DNA of 64,000 bases, taken from the NCBI GenBank assembly GCA_030264375.1, contig JASCQW010000119.1:27384730-27448729 (forward strand), read 5' to 3'. The position numbers and the translations under genes are program-made. Positions 40,001 through 50,610 of the stretch are shown one piece after another. The stretch is from Carcharhinus longimanus. Its lineage: Eukaryota. Under the pieces are notes generated by a model that had not been told where the DNA came from, searched no databases, and was given only the letters and a program-made list of their open reading frames with translations. Numbering within the stretch: the first letter of the stretch is position 1; every line of letters starts with the position of its first letter.

Positions 40001-43000
40001 TCCTGACTTCCAGACCCTATCCACCATTTACAAGACACAAGTTAGGAGTGTGATGGAATACTCTTCACTTGCCTGCATGAGTGCAGCTCCAACAACACTC
40101 TAAAAGCTTGACACAATCCAGGACAAAGCAGCCTGCTTGATTGGCACACCATTCACAAAATTCACTTTAATCACCACTGATGCATAGGCCACTGAGTGCC
40201 ATCTACAAGATGCACTGCAGGAACTTACCAATTCAGCAATACCTTCCAAACCTATCACTTAGAAGGACAATGGCAACAGATACCCGGGAACACCACGACC
40301 TGGATGTTCTCCTCCAAGTCACATATCACCTTGATTTGGAAATATATCAGTTTCTTCACTTTCGTTGTGTGAAAATCTTGGAACTCCCTCCTTAGCAACA
40401 CTGTGGGTGTGCCTTCACCTCAAGGATTGCGGTGGTTCAAGAAGGCAGCTCACCAACACCTTCTCAAGGCCAACCACTAATGGCCCCATCCCATAAATGA
40501 ATTTATAAAAGCCTCTGGTAGGCTTGGTAAGATGACCCTTAATTGCTCCTTTGCATACTGAAATTGGATTCTTGTACCTGGTAGTCTGTCCATAAGCATT
40601 CCCGCCATCAGAAAAATCCTGTCATGTCAGATCATAATCAGGAAGCCAGAGTTCCCTGCAATTTTACCAGCACACCCCACCTCCACCACGTTCCTGCCTT
40701 ACATGAACTGATAACGTATCCCCCAAAAAGAGAGGAATAGAAGAGAAANNNNNNNNNNNNNNNNNNNNGTGAAGAGCACGGAGGACGGAGGGGGAGGAGC
40801 GGGGGTGGGGGGGGAAGGGAGGGTGGAAGGGGTGGGGCAGGGGGTGGAAATATAAATTGGGGGAGTAAGGGAAGGAGAGGGAAAAATACAACTGACTGAA
40901 GGAGAGTCCCTGTTAGCCAGTGTCAAGGTCTGTTGTGTAACTTGTTGTGTCTTTGGGTTATGCAGCATTGGTATTTCCCTCTGAGGGCTCAGCTTCATCT
41001 GGACTGGAGGTGAGGGAAATCAGTCAATTAAAAAAGGTTTCACTTTCGTTTTATTTATTATTTATAACTTGCTGTATATTGTAAAAAGTTATAAAATGGT
41101 GGTAAAACTTCAGTTATAAGATTTGATAGCGATGATTTTGTTGAGGCAATAGCATTTATTTATCATTTCATATTCCATTCGAGACTGTAGATACAGTTTC
41201 GAAACAGCTTTTATTGCTACATTACGTATCCTTAAATCTTAGGGCTTGGTGTATTTACACACACAACATAAATATAATAACATGTATAAACAGTAGCAAA
41301 AACCACGTGATTAAAAGTCTAGGAAAACAAACCAGAGTTGGCAACCCTATGAAACTAAGTAACTTGCAGAGCATTTTTACTGGAAATGTTATATTTACAT
41401 AAATAACTCCCTTGATGGTTACTGGCTTTTCTAAATAATAGAACCTTATCAGAAACTCAAAAAAATGTGCTTATAATTTAAAAGGATTTGCAGATAAGCA
41501 CACTCCATTATAAATTAACCAAAATTATGTACATTCTTGACAGAACGAGTAAGGATTATAGAAAATAGCCAAGAATCTCTACATAAGCATAAATTATTAT
41601 AGTAGGGTGTGGAATATGTTTGAATAATAGGTGCTGCTGACATAGGATTGGGAGTGCAATCCAGAACTCTTTCCCCTCAAAGGGGGAACAGGCTGCCAGC
41701 ATTTTCTCCAGGCTCAGGGAAGATAATTAGTTACTGGGTGATTACTAGTACCTATGGTGGCACAGTGGTTAGCACTGCTGCCTCACAGTGCCAGTGACCT
41801 GGGTTCGATTCCTGGCTTGGGTCACTGTGTGTAGAGTCTGCATGTTCTCTCCATATCTCTGTGAGTTTCTTCCAAGCACTGCAGTTTCCTCCCACAGTCT
41901 GAAAGATGTGCTGATTGGGTGCATTGACCAAGCTAAATTCTTCCTTAGTATATCTGAACAGATGCCAGAGTGTGGTGACTTGGGGATTTTTACATTGCAC
42001 TGTTAATGTAAGCCTACTTGTGACACTAATAAATAAACTTTTAAAAAGTTACTATCTTTCGGGAGGGGGAGGTAAATTCAGGCAAGAAAAGTGTTTGTGA
42101 GTAAATGGTCAAAGAAAGAACTTCAAATTGATTAAAATGGCTTACAATTCCTCAGGATGTCTCAATTACATACAATGGGTTATTTTTGAAGTGTTATCAT
42201 TTGCTTTGTAGAGATATACTCAAAATATGTCTGGACAAGTGATTCATTTCACCATATCATATCATTAATTGGAGTTGTATTGCACAAGCAATTGAGATGA
42301 AGTTTCAATGTTCTTGTCCCTAGAGCAGAGTCTTGTGAGATGCTATTTGACGATGGAATTAGAACAAGCTGCTTCTCCATCTCATGCCCTTCACTGCACA
42401 CTCACAACTGTGTGGTAAAATTTCAGTCTTACGTCTCAAGCTTGTAACTGATGCAAGGCTGATTGCAATGTATATGCATTCGGCACTCCTAAACCGATAA
42501 ATGATGAGTGAAGCATGCTCCTCTTTCATTCGGATACATTTGCAATTACTTTTGACATATTATTACTATTGACAATGTCCTGTACTATTTTTACTATCTA
42601 CAATGTATTGAATAGATTTGAGACATAAAACACACACTGTAATAAGGACAACATTAACATCACGAGCTACAGCACAATTATTCCCTAACATTTATTATAA
42701 AAAGATACAACTAGGCAGCATCAACAACATTTTGGTTAAATGTCCAAGTTAATTAATGCAACTCAATTCAAAATAGAAAAGTTTATAGTCAGCAAATTGA
42801 TAACTTAGAATAAAACTTCAATGCTTAAAATTAAGAAAATTCAAACAGATGGATGGCAAAACCTTACCTTCAAGGAACTGGTCTAGTGCATGGTTTGTGT
42901 AGCACACCACCAGAATTGGAAACTTTCTTAACCGTCGTTGCCAAAATGACTCATTCTTTAAGAGCGTTTGCACAATTTTTAACCCGACGTAGGTTTTTCC

Positions 43001-46000
43001 TACAAATGATAAATTGGCATTGCTTAGCCAAGTTTAAAGAAAACCTTTTAAAGGTTATTACAGACTATATCATCAGTGTTGTATTTACCTACTACAAGAT
43101 TTTTCAGAAGAAATAGATACATTAAAATATAACATTTATTAGAAGACTTAACGTGAATTTGGATAACTTTGTAAAGGACCCCTAGGGTCCTTTACCTGGG
43201 ATGCCTTTTTGTTTACTCTGCCTAATTAGAAAAATAAACTGGAACAATCATTCTTCTGATTTATTCTACATGTTAGCGCTGAATTTGGATGTTTATTTGC
43301 TGTGTGCCACAAAACTGCAAGCAATCCAAGCACAGCGCAAACATACTGTCATTTGTATATGGTGCTTCAGAATTAATCATATTAATATACCCCTTTCCCA
43401 TCTGAATGTGCCTAAACAAAACTCTCTGGATTTCACTGTTCTGCTCAATGTATCCTGAGGCACCATATCCCATAAAAGTCAAACAAGGTGCTATGAATTA
43501 TTTTCACACCGTATCAATGCTGATCTCTTTCAACCCAGCTATCAACTGTGGTTTACAATGGCAGTATGGGGGAGTGTTTTAACTGGTTTTCAGACAGGCG
43601 GAGGCAAGACAAGCGTCAATTCCACGCTGTAGTATCAGTTTTAGGCAACGGGTTATATTTTAAACTCTTGGGCTTCATTTACATCCAGCCAATTAACTAC
43701 CCGCCTGAAGTCAGCAGAATTAAGCAGCTAGCTGGCATTCAGTTGGTTAAAACTTGATTTGAGGTCACACATTGGCTATAAGGTAAATATCAGCTCTCAA
43801 CAGCATCTCAGGGTCAGGAAGATGGGAAAGAGATGCCTAGAGCAGGAGAGGCCAAGACTTTGCTTGTGTGACATGTTCAAGCAGTCATGCTCCTTCTGGT
43901 CCCATTGAAGAAAGTTTATTACTTCATTAATGTTGCATGTTCAGTCTTTGGAGCAGTTTTCAATCAGCTGGTTGGTATTCTGCTCAGACAGCAGTCAAAA
44001 GGACACCATGGTATACTGACCCCCTCCAGTGTACACGTATGAGGATCCAACCAGATTGAGGCAAGGTCCGTTATTCATCACCAAAAACTGTGATGTGACC
44101 ATCCTGTGGAGTGGGATCAGAATCAATAGTGAAGTCTCTCCTTTTTAACTGTCCCTATACCTTCTCCACCCAGGCAGGTAAATTGAAATTGTACCATGCC
44201 TCTCACCTCACAAGTATTCTTAAAGTTGGGGGCACTGAACAGGGCATTGTCCAACCAATTTCTACCACTGTAGACGGCATCAGAATTTCCAGTCTGAGAT
44301 GTAGGTGCCCATTGGACCGAGGAAAATAAGATGCCCTACCACTGATCCCACATACTTTGCTAGCCTCTTCCAGCTGAATTTCAATGATTCTCCTGCTACC
44401 CATATTGACAGGGGCAGTATTAGAATTAGACAATAGACAGTTAAATAAAACAACATTAATAGACTATAAGACTAGATGAAAATAAGTTATAAAATGTTAA
44501 AAGAAGTTATAAATATAAGTTATAAAATAGCAACATGGTTGCACAGTGGTTAGCATTGCTGCCTCATAGCACCAGGGATCCAAATTTGTTTCTGGTCTTA
44601 GGTCACTGCCTATGTGGGGTTTGCACATTCTCCCCATGTCTGTGTGGGTTTCCTCCAGTTGCTCCGGTTTCCTCCCACAGTACAAACATGTGTGGGTTAG
44701 GTTGATTGGCCATGCTAAATTGACCCTAGTGTCAAGAGGGTTAGCAGGGTAAATGAAGGTTATGGAATAGGGTCAGGGTGGGATTGTTGTCAGTACAGAC
44801 TTGATGGGCCGAATGGCCTCCCTCTGTACAGTTGGGATTCTCTGATTCTATTTGATGACTATAAATTACATATAAAGAATGTTATAGCACAGAAACAGGC
44901 CATTCAGCTCAACAGGTTTATTGTCCATGCCAGCTTCCTCCCCTTTTACTTCATCTCTTCCAATGATCTTTTTCCTTTCTCCCTAAATATATCCAAGACA
45001 CTCATTTCAATCACTCAGATTGGTAGAGCCTCACATTCTAACTGCTCTTGGGGTAAATAAGCTTTTCCCAAATTCTTTAATGGACTTCATATTGACTACT
45101 TATATTTATGGCTTCTAGTTTGGACATTGCTCCACAACTGGAAACAATTGTGGATGGGTATTGAACAGAGGCAGGTTTGGCATTCACTTCCTATGCCCCA
45201 CCAGTATTTTACAGCTTAGCGACACTCACTCAATGAGGTGTGATAAACTGCTCAATATATTTCTTTAAATATCTTTAACACAGGAAGAGAGAAGGGAGAA
45301 AGTTGGACAAGAATTAAGAAATTATAAAAATAGTTTTAATTATTTAATCCATTAAAATTTAGATGCTATTTGTTTGAGTGTACCTGTCCCAGGAGGTCCT
45401 TGTATGATAGCCAGTTCCTTAGTCAATGCCATCTGCAGAGCTTGCATTTGTGACTCGTCTAGGTTCAGCTCTTCCTTTGAAGGCCATGACGCAGGATCCA
45501 GGACATTGACTTTGCTGTTCCTTTGCAAAGATTCAAAGGTTTGTTCGGTGTTTTCCTCAGAACCCTGTGATTTTCTATTCATTAGAGCTTCAAGATCATA
45601 GCTGTCATTGAAAGTCAAGTATCTTGGAACTTGGATTTCTGTGTTACAGTCTACAATATACTTTTGAAAAGGAACATCTTCTCCTTGGATCTCCTGTAAT
45701 CCCTCCAGAACATGGCGGTAGGCTTCAAAATATGCTGTTGTTTCAACCATCAGGAAACAATCTGAAGGTTCCAACTCAGCCAACAGGGGTCGGCTTCGCA
45801 CATTAAAAGNNNNNNNNNNNNNNNNNNNNNNNNNNNNNNNNNNNNNNNNNNNNNNNNNNNNNNNNNNNNNNNNNNNNNNNNNNNNNNNNNNNNNNNNNNN
45901 NNNNNNNNNCATTAAAAGACAGGTGAACAAGGCCCTCTTTGAGCTCCACAGGATCCCGATTTGACACAGTTGCAAACAGCAAAGTTTCAAAGTTATCCTT

Positions 46001-49000
46001 TGATATACACACGAGAGACCCGTATAGCAGACGCTTTGAATTTTGCCACCGGACAAATTTCAGTGGCCTTGTGTCAAACTGGACTTTGTAGCCTACACCA
46101 GTGGATGTGCAGAGTGGAACTAGGATGCGGGTGTTGAAATATACTCGAATATCATCGAATTTCCTCCTTCTCAGTCCTTTGTCATCATAATTCCGAAGCA
46201 ACTCTAAGATCCCTTCTCTCAAAGGTCTCACAAAGTCTTCTCTCAGAAGACGGAAATGGGTATCAAGGTACACTTCAGTATTTGCATACTTCTCAGTAAT
46301 GATATTTGGTCGCAGAAATGGTCTCTCTTCCAAATGCACCTCATTGTAGGTGGGATATATGGTCATTGTTCTGTAGTTGTCCTCAGGACCAGATTCTTGA
46401 TTGTCTATCAACATATGTGTATCTGTTCTAAGAGTTCCATCTCGTTTTCTCTCTTGGAGGTGATGAATTATATTTTTGACTTTCTCCAAACTATTTTCAA
46501 TGTGTTCACCAATCGAAATCCCGGCAGCTCGCAGAGTGTTCACCGTAGGATCCAAAACCAAAATCATCATGGACATCTCTTGAACCGAACTGGCCGGAAA
46601 AATACTTACCAATTCCTGAAGCAAGAACAGAATGCTTTCAATATATTCAGGGTATTGCTGCCTACGCAAAGGCACTGGATCTGTGCTCATCTGAACCACA
46701 TAGCGAGGCAATTGAACCTTCAGAAAGAAAGAGTCCTTTACAATACCCAGCAGATGCTGAATGCTCTGGCGGTCAGTCTTGGACCTACAGGCCTTACATA
46801 AGACTTTACAAATTAGCTGGATAAAATTTGAATTTAGTTGTTGGCTTAATAAATCCTTTAGGGAAGAGCCATAGGCTAAAGTTATAACAATTTCAGACGG
46901 TTCTTTGTCCAAAAGGCCCTCCATTGTTTTGTAGCCTAACTTCCTCACGAATGGTTCTTTGTCCTTTGCATGTTCCTCTTTAGTTACTTCTTGAGGCCTC
47001 CTTCTCTGGAAGTGAGGATTTCCTTGCATTTCCACGTGCCTGCCCCTACCACCCTCACGAAAGTCATTCCTCCTCCACGGTTCATTCCTACGCTCATTGT
47101 GCTGATCCCTCCTGCCCTGTTGGGGGGCTTGGCGATTTCCCTGGACAACAGGAGCTCTTCCAGCCGGATTTCGATTCGCTCTTGCAGCATTTTGCCTCCC
47201 TTCTGCGTGTCTGGGATTGAGATTAAAGTTCCATTCTTGGTTCCTTCCTCCAATCTCTCTAGTTGCTAGCAACTCCGCTTGCCTGGGTGTTGAAAGGGCA
47301 CGTCTGGGTTGTGGTGCATCTCTGTGGTCTGCTGGTCCAGCAGCATCTCTCTGGTTAGCATTATGTCGCCGTCCTCGGAGTTCAAGACGTTCCAAAGAAG
47401 CTAAAGGTATCAAAAAAAAACATGAAAGGATGAATTTTTTACAGTCAAATTGTTAAGGCCGTGTGTGTTGACACCAGCTTCCTTAGATACTCTTGCACTT
47501 GTTTTCATTGCAAACTGAATAACAACGTTAAAAAGCTTCTCCGCAGACTCTCTGTGCAATTGTTTGTTTCATAAATGTAATAGTTCATTAGTTCTGTAAG
47601 ATCCAGCCCTTTTTATTTGCTGTTTCAAGCATGCATTATACAAGTTAAGTAGAATTGACCATTTAGTTAATAGTCCAGCTATGAATGGTTTACTATTAAC
47701 TTACTGCTTTGAACTGTTATGCAAATATTAACTCTCTCAGATCTGAACTGCAGTCTGACTAAATGGGCAAAAAGTAATCTCTTTAAATTCACAGAATAAA
47801 GATAATGCAGAAATACCCATTTGACCCATGGGCTAAAACTAGAGTTTTTCCAGTATATTTATTGAGGATCATGTCTAACACCTATATTGCTGTTTCGAAA
47901 TGAACATAGAACATAGAACATAGAACATACAGCGCGGAACAGGCCCTTCGGCCCACAATGTTGCGCCGACCAGTCTNNNNNNNNNNNNNNNNNNNNNNNN
48001 NNNNNNNNNNNNNNNNNNNNNNNNNNNNNNNNNNNNNNNNNNNNNNNNNNNNNNNNNNNNNNNNNNNNNNNNNNNNNNNNNNNNNNNNNNNNNNNNNNNN
48101 NNNNNNNNNNNNNNNNNNNNNNNNNNNNNNNNNNNNNNNNNNNNNNNNNNNNNNNNNNNNNNNNNNNNNNNNNNNNNNNNNNNNNNNNNNNNNNNNNNNN
48201 NNNNNNNNNNNNNNNNNNNNNNNNNNNNNNNNNNNNNNNNNNNNNNNNNNNNNNNNNNNNNNNNNNNNNNNNNNNNNNNNNNNNNNNNNNNNNNNNNNNN
48301 NNNNNNNNNNNNNNNNNNNNNNNNNNNNNNNNNNNNNNNNNNNNNNNNNNNNNNNNNNNNNNNNNNNNNNNNNNNNNNNNNNNNNNNNNNNNNNNNNNNN
48401 NNNNNNNNNNNNNNNNNNNNNNNNNNNNNNNNNNNNNNNNNNNNNNNNNNNNNNNNNNNNNNNNNNNNNNNNNNNNNNNNNNNNNNNNNNNNNNNNNNNN
48501 NNNNNNNNNNNNNNNNNNNNNNNNNNNNNNNNNNNNNNNNNNNNNNNNNNNNATCCACTGTGCTGTTAGGGGGGTGGGGGGGGGAGGGGGGCGGGTGTGG
48601 GTGGTTCCACAACTTTGACCCAGTGACTTTGAAGGAACAATGATATAGTTCTATTCAGGATGGTATGTGGCTTGGAGGGGAACTTTCAGGAGCTGTTCCC
48701 CTTGTATTTCAAGGTGGTAGCAGTCATGGGTTTGGAAGGTACTGCTGAAGGATTCTTGGTGATTTCCTGCAGTGCATCTTGTAAATGGTACACAGTGCTG
48801 CCACTGTGCATCAAATGGTGGAGGGAGTAAATGGTTAAGGTGGTCAATGGGGTGCCAATTGAATCTGCTTCGGCCTGAATAGTGTCAACTTTCATGAGTG
48901 TTGTTGCAGCTACATTCATCCAGGCAAGTGAAGAGTATTCCATTACACTCCTGACTTATGCCTTGTAGGTGATGAACAAGCTTTAGGAATCAGGAGGTGA

Positions 49001-50610
49001 ATCATGTGTTGCAGAGTTACTGCCAACCTCTGATCTGCTCTTGTAGGCACAGCATGTCCAATTCAGTTTCTGGTCAAAGATAACCCTATGGTGTTAATAG
49101 CAGGAGATTCAGTAATGGTAATTTCATGAAATGTCAAAGAAAAATGGTTAGTTTCTCTCTTGTTAGAGATTGTTATTGCCTGGTACTTTTGTAGTATGAA
49201 TGTTCCTTGTCACTCGTCAACCTAAATTTGAATGTTGTCCAGGTGTACTGCTTCATTATCTGAGTAGTCATGAATGGTGCTGAACATTGTGCAATGATCA
49301 TTGAAGATCTGACCTTATGTTGGAGGGAAGGTCATTAAAGAAGCTGGTTGGGCCTAGGACATCACCCTGAGGAACTCAAGCAGCAATTTCCAGGAAGGAA
49401 AGAAGTGGAAAGTGAGGAAACAAAAGAGTTAAGCAAACAAAATAGAATTCCAATAAGAACTACAGAAATCATAGGTCAAGGTCATCCAGGATGAAAGTTA
49501 AAGTTCACAAAATTATGTGGTATTTAAACCATCTGCAGCTTCCCATCACCCAGTAGACCCTTCACATTACCAATGCATTCTTAAGCCTTTTGGCATGTCC
49601 TAAGTAGAGCTTGTTTTATGTAGACCAAGCTTGCCTTTCATTAGGTTTGCTGTTAATAAACCATAAGGTGACAAACAGCCACATTCAAGTATGATGTGTT
49701 AATGGTTAATTTTACAAACTCGGGAGTCTCTGTCCACATCCTGCATTTATTCTGAAACAGATCCCTTAATACCGAGATTGTTGCCATAAAGGCTTATGTA
49801 TAAATCAAGGAAATAAGAGAAAGAAAAGTTAACCGTTGAAGAATAAAAATTTAAAGACAAGCAAAAGTCAAAGAGAGTTAAAGGTACACAACAAGGAAAT
49901 GGATTTAAACTGCCACAGGAGACCCTGTCAGAGGATAAATATAAATGTTTCCTCACAGGAAGGGAGAGAACAATCAACAACTGACTCACCATACTCACTC
50001 CCTTTCGGAACACAATAACACTTCACTTTCAAATCACTGGAAATGAATTCTGCTCCACGAAAGAAACTGCACAATAAATTTTAATTGAAAGTCAAACCTT
50101 TTGAAGCGCTCAAATATAACTGTGCAAACTAACACTGAGCTGAGCCATGTGAGAGCTGGCTCTAAATGTAACCCTCAACTTCTGACATAGCAAGTTCCCA
50201 ATCTCTATTNNNNNNNNNNAGATGAGGTCCTGTGTTTCCTCACAGGACAGAAGAATTAGAGGGCAATAAACTGCATGCTGTTCACAAGCACTTTCAGGCA
50301 GCTTACTAAAAGTCACACTCGTCAGAACTTGATAGCAGGTCACTTACCAGCCTTCCTAGCTTGGGAAGTGTTGAATAGTTCAGTAAGACAGAGAGGTGAA
50401 AGAAATAGCACTGGAAAATACAAGATGAAATATACATCCTTCATGGATTGCAAGAAAGGTCTGTAATCTTTAATAATCTCTCTCACCATCTCCTCTTCTC
50501 GGGTTTTGTCTTGACCGTTCTGCTGTAGCTGCTCTTCTGTTTGGGTTGTCCAGCTCAGTTTCTCGGCCCCTCCATTGGTGGTGATCTCTTTGCCAACGGT
50601 CAGGATCCAT
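9736..50610 (-). CDS. ZNFX1: NFX1-type zinc finger-containing protein 1 (SF1/Upf1-like RNA helicase, NF-X1 zinc fingers, RZ finger); 13 coding exons, ~1960 aa
   Basis: Spliced ORF with GT-AG introns and matching phases. Motifs: [27 protein letters not shown]|KT (Walker A), [25 protein letters not shown] (Walker B), [42 protein letters not shown], repeated C/H-rich NF-X1 fingers, and C-terminal [18 protein letters not shown]...IGG..H. Confidence 0.96.
12840..13380 (+). mobile_element. L2-type LINE 3' fragment
   Basis: LKFLFLI..PSMAS region and tgtcctatgaagtgctttgggacattttattatgttaaag tail; similar to 38150-39205. Confidence 0.6.
13735..13830 (-). CDS. ZNFX1: ZNFX1 exon [32 protein letters not shown]
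   Basis: attccag|CAT ... AAG|gtttga; 96 nt; helicase motif (Q)HRM.PEI. Confidence 0.95.
14500..15120 (+). mobile_element. Rex1/Babar-like LINE 3' end
   Basis: [28 protein letters not shown] peptide; aataaatcaaatcaaa tail. Confidence 0.65.
16353..16463 (-). CDS. ZNFX1: ZNFX1 exon [37 protein letters not shown]
   Basis: ctgacag|CTT ... CAG|gtgaga; 111 nt; SLFERL motif. Confidence 0.95.
16635..16990 (-). mobile_element. SINE, second family
   Basis: Reverse complement of the 4694-5046 family. Confidence 0.7.
17640..19106 (+). mobile_element. CR1 LINE, RT domain to 3' end, degraded
   Basis: [45 protein letters not shown]; ctctatgactctatga tail. Confidence 0.9.
19107..22880 (+). mobile_element. 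Near full-length, internally deleted CR1 LINE (ORF1 esterase, endonuclease, 3' end) with nested CR1 insertions
   Basis: [20 protein letters not shown] (ORF1), [11 protein letters not shown] (APE endonuclease), [23 protein letters not shown], then a jump to the 3' region; nested pieces at about 19590-19840(+), 20568-20870(-) and 22037-22590(-). Confidence 0.8.
23467..23612 (-). CDS. ZNFX1: ZNFX1 exon (G)[48 protein letters not shown]
   Basis: gaacag|GT ... CAG|gtcagt; 146 nt; Walker B (VEEAAE) and motif III. Confidence 0.95.
23674..23850. mobile_element. Second Penelope-like pLTR family with back-to-back degenerate hammerhead cores
   Basis: aaaatactgcagatgc..aaaatgctggaaacactcagc leader; CTGATGA..GAAA on both strands at about 23783-23842. 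Confidence 0.55.
25080..25234 (-). CDS. ZNFX1: ZNFX1 exon (R)[51 protein letters not shown]
   Basis: ttctag|G ... ACA G|gtttga; 155 nt, phase 2-1. Confidence 0.94.
25280..25920 (+). mobile_element. CR1 LINE 3' fragment
   Basis: [26 protein letters not shown]; gatcagccatgatcttattgaatggc tail. Confidence 0.85.
26108..26448 (+). mobile_element. tRNA-derived V-SINE (HE1-like)
   Basis: gcacagtggttagtactgctgcctcac ... ggattctatgattcta tail. Confidence 0.85.
27664..27803 (-). CDS. ZNFX1: ZNFX1 exon [46 protein letters not shown](R)
   Basis: taaacag|GTA ... TAC AG|gtcaga; 140 nt, phase 0-2; W.L...RW.LY motif. Confidence 0.93.
28904..29136 (-). CDS. ZNFX1: ZNFX1 exon with acidic stretch (G)[10 protein letters not shown]...[15 protein letters not shown]...EEGGWQ
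   Basis: ctaaag|GT ... CAG|gtaaag; 233 nt, phase 1-0. Confidence 0.92.
29515..29720. mobile_element. Penelope-like pLTR palindrome (second family), degenerate
   Basis: Same leader, with inverted gagagagaacag / ctgtttctctctcc arms. Confidence 0.55.
30494..30696. mobile_element. Same Penelope-like palindromic family, inserted into a CR1 3' end
   Basis: aagtctcacaa..ttaaagtccaacaggtttatttgg and its reverse complement; perfect 12-bp TSD gttatccttgga (30482-30493 / 30697-30708); CTGATGA..GAAA core on minus. Confidence 0.7.
31463..31501. repeat. Perfect 18-bp inverted repeat with 3-nt loop
   Basis: gacatgtgcagcagaatt-ttg-aattctgctgcacatgtc. Confidence 0.9.
32161..32466 (+). mobile_element. tRNA-derived V-SINE (HE1-like)
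   Basis: gggcggcacagtggc..ggttagcactgctgcctcacag..gggttcaattcc ... gggattctatga. Confidence 0.85.
33199..33310 (-). CDS. ZNFX1: ZNFX1 exon [37 protein letters not shown]
   Basis: ttctatag|ATG ... GCA G|gtaaag; 112 nt, phase 0-1; conserved LEWLGLG. Confidence 0.88.
33782..33907. mobile_element. ~125-bp MITE, same family
   Basis: ggacgggattttgc ... gtagaattccagc; internal cgagaccagaaa.tcccaccc shared with the 38002 copy. Confidence 0.5.
33953..35568. mobile_element. Non-autonomous TIR element with TGT...ACA ends and 4-bp TSD (Ginger-like signature), with nested SINE and internal direct repeat
   Basis: Diverged TIRs at 33953-34049 and 35469-35568; GTAT immediately on both sides (33949-33952, 35569-35572); direct repeat at about 34080-34271 and 35085-35240. 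Confidence 0.65.
35655..35798 (-). CDS. ZNFX1: ZNFX1 exon [48 protein letters not shown]
   Basis: aatatag|GTG ... CTG|gtatga; 144 nt, phase 0-0; follows an 89-nt intron. Confidence 0.92.
35888..36036 (-). CDS. ZNFX1: ZNFX1 exon (G)[49 protein letters not shown]
   Basis: ttcag|GA ... GAA|gtaaga; 149 nt; VRVGGRS motif. Confidence 0.93.
37008..37039 (+). repeat. (GA)n microsatellite
   Basis: Direct observation. Confidence 0.95.
38002..38128. mobile_element. ~125-bp MITE (PIF/Harbinger-like), 3-bp TSD TAT
   Basis: Imperfect short TIR ggatgggatgttac / gtagagttctgaca; related to copies at 33782-33907 and 62695-62814. Confidence 0.5.
38150..39205 (+). mobile_element. L2-type LINE RT/3' fragment, degraded
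   Basis: cacatacagactgacaacagccagctctatctc (YADD-like) and tgttcctgtgaaacaccatgggaca..tatagcaaatgcaagttgttgttg tail. Confidence 0.65.
39560..40505 (+). mobile_element. CR1/L2-group LINE 3' region
   Basis: [36 protein letters not shown]. Confidence 0.8.
41753..42037 (+). mobile_element. V-SINE with a different 3' tail
   Basis: Same head and V-domain; tail tgttaatgtaagcctacttgtgacactaataaataaa. Confidence 0.8.
42868..42999 (-). CDS. ZNFX1: ZNFX1 exon (G)[43 protein letters not shown]
   Basis: tttgtag|GA ... GAA G|gtaagg; 132 nt; completes Walker A and carries motif Ia. Confidence 0.95.
43171..43195. repeat. Perfect 11-bp inverted repeat with 3-nt loop
   Basis: gtaaaggaccc-cta-gggtcctttac. 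Confidence 0.85.
44530..44850 (+). mobile_element. tRNA-derived V-SINE (HE1-like)
   Basis: Head, V-domain and gatgggccgaatggcctc..gggattct tail. Confidence 0.85.
45384..47400 (-). CDS. ZNFX1: ZNFX1 large exon: disordered R/G/Q-rich N-terminus, helical region and helicase start up to QGPPGT
   Basis: ORFs 45803..47413 and 45352..46056 joined across N-gap 45810-45909. Acceptor ctttag|CT at 47401, donor ACA G|gtacac at 45383. Confidence 0.95.
48553..49390 (-). mobile_element. CR1/L2-group LINE 3' region
   Basis: [23 protein letters not shown] on minus; same family as 39560-40505. Confidence 0.8.
50348..50410 (-). CDS. ZNFX1: Candidate 63-nt symmetric (phase 1-1) ZNFX1 cassette exon, (V)[20 protein letters not shown]
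   Basis: Acceptor ttgtattttccag, consensus donor G|gtaagtg, no in-frame stop, frame-preserving, 76-nt upstream intron. Confidence 0.4.
50487..50610 (-). CDS. ZNFX1: ZNFX1 first coding exon ([41 protein letters not shown]+1 nt); exon begins at 50625
   Basis: Acceptor cttcatag at 50626, short 5'UTR, ATG at 50610, 124 coding nt, donor G|gtgaga. Phase 1 matches the acceptor at 47400. The R/D/N-rich composition continues into the next exon. Not in the ORF track. Confidence 0.78.

Noticed and set aside
47875-48612. 245-aa and 203-aa ORFs
   Set aside because: Almost entirely N-gap translation.
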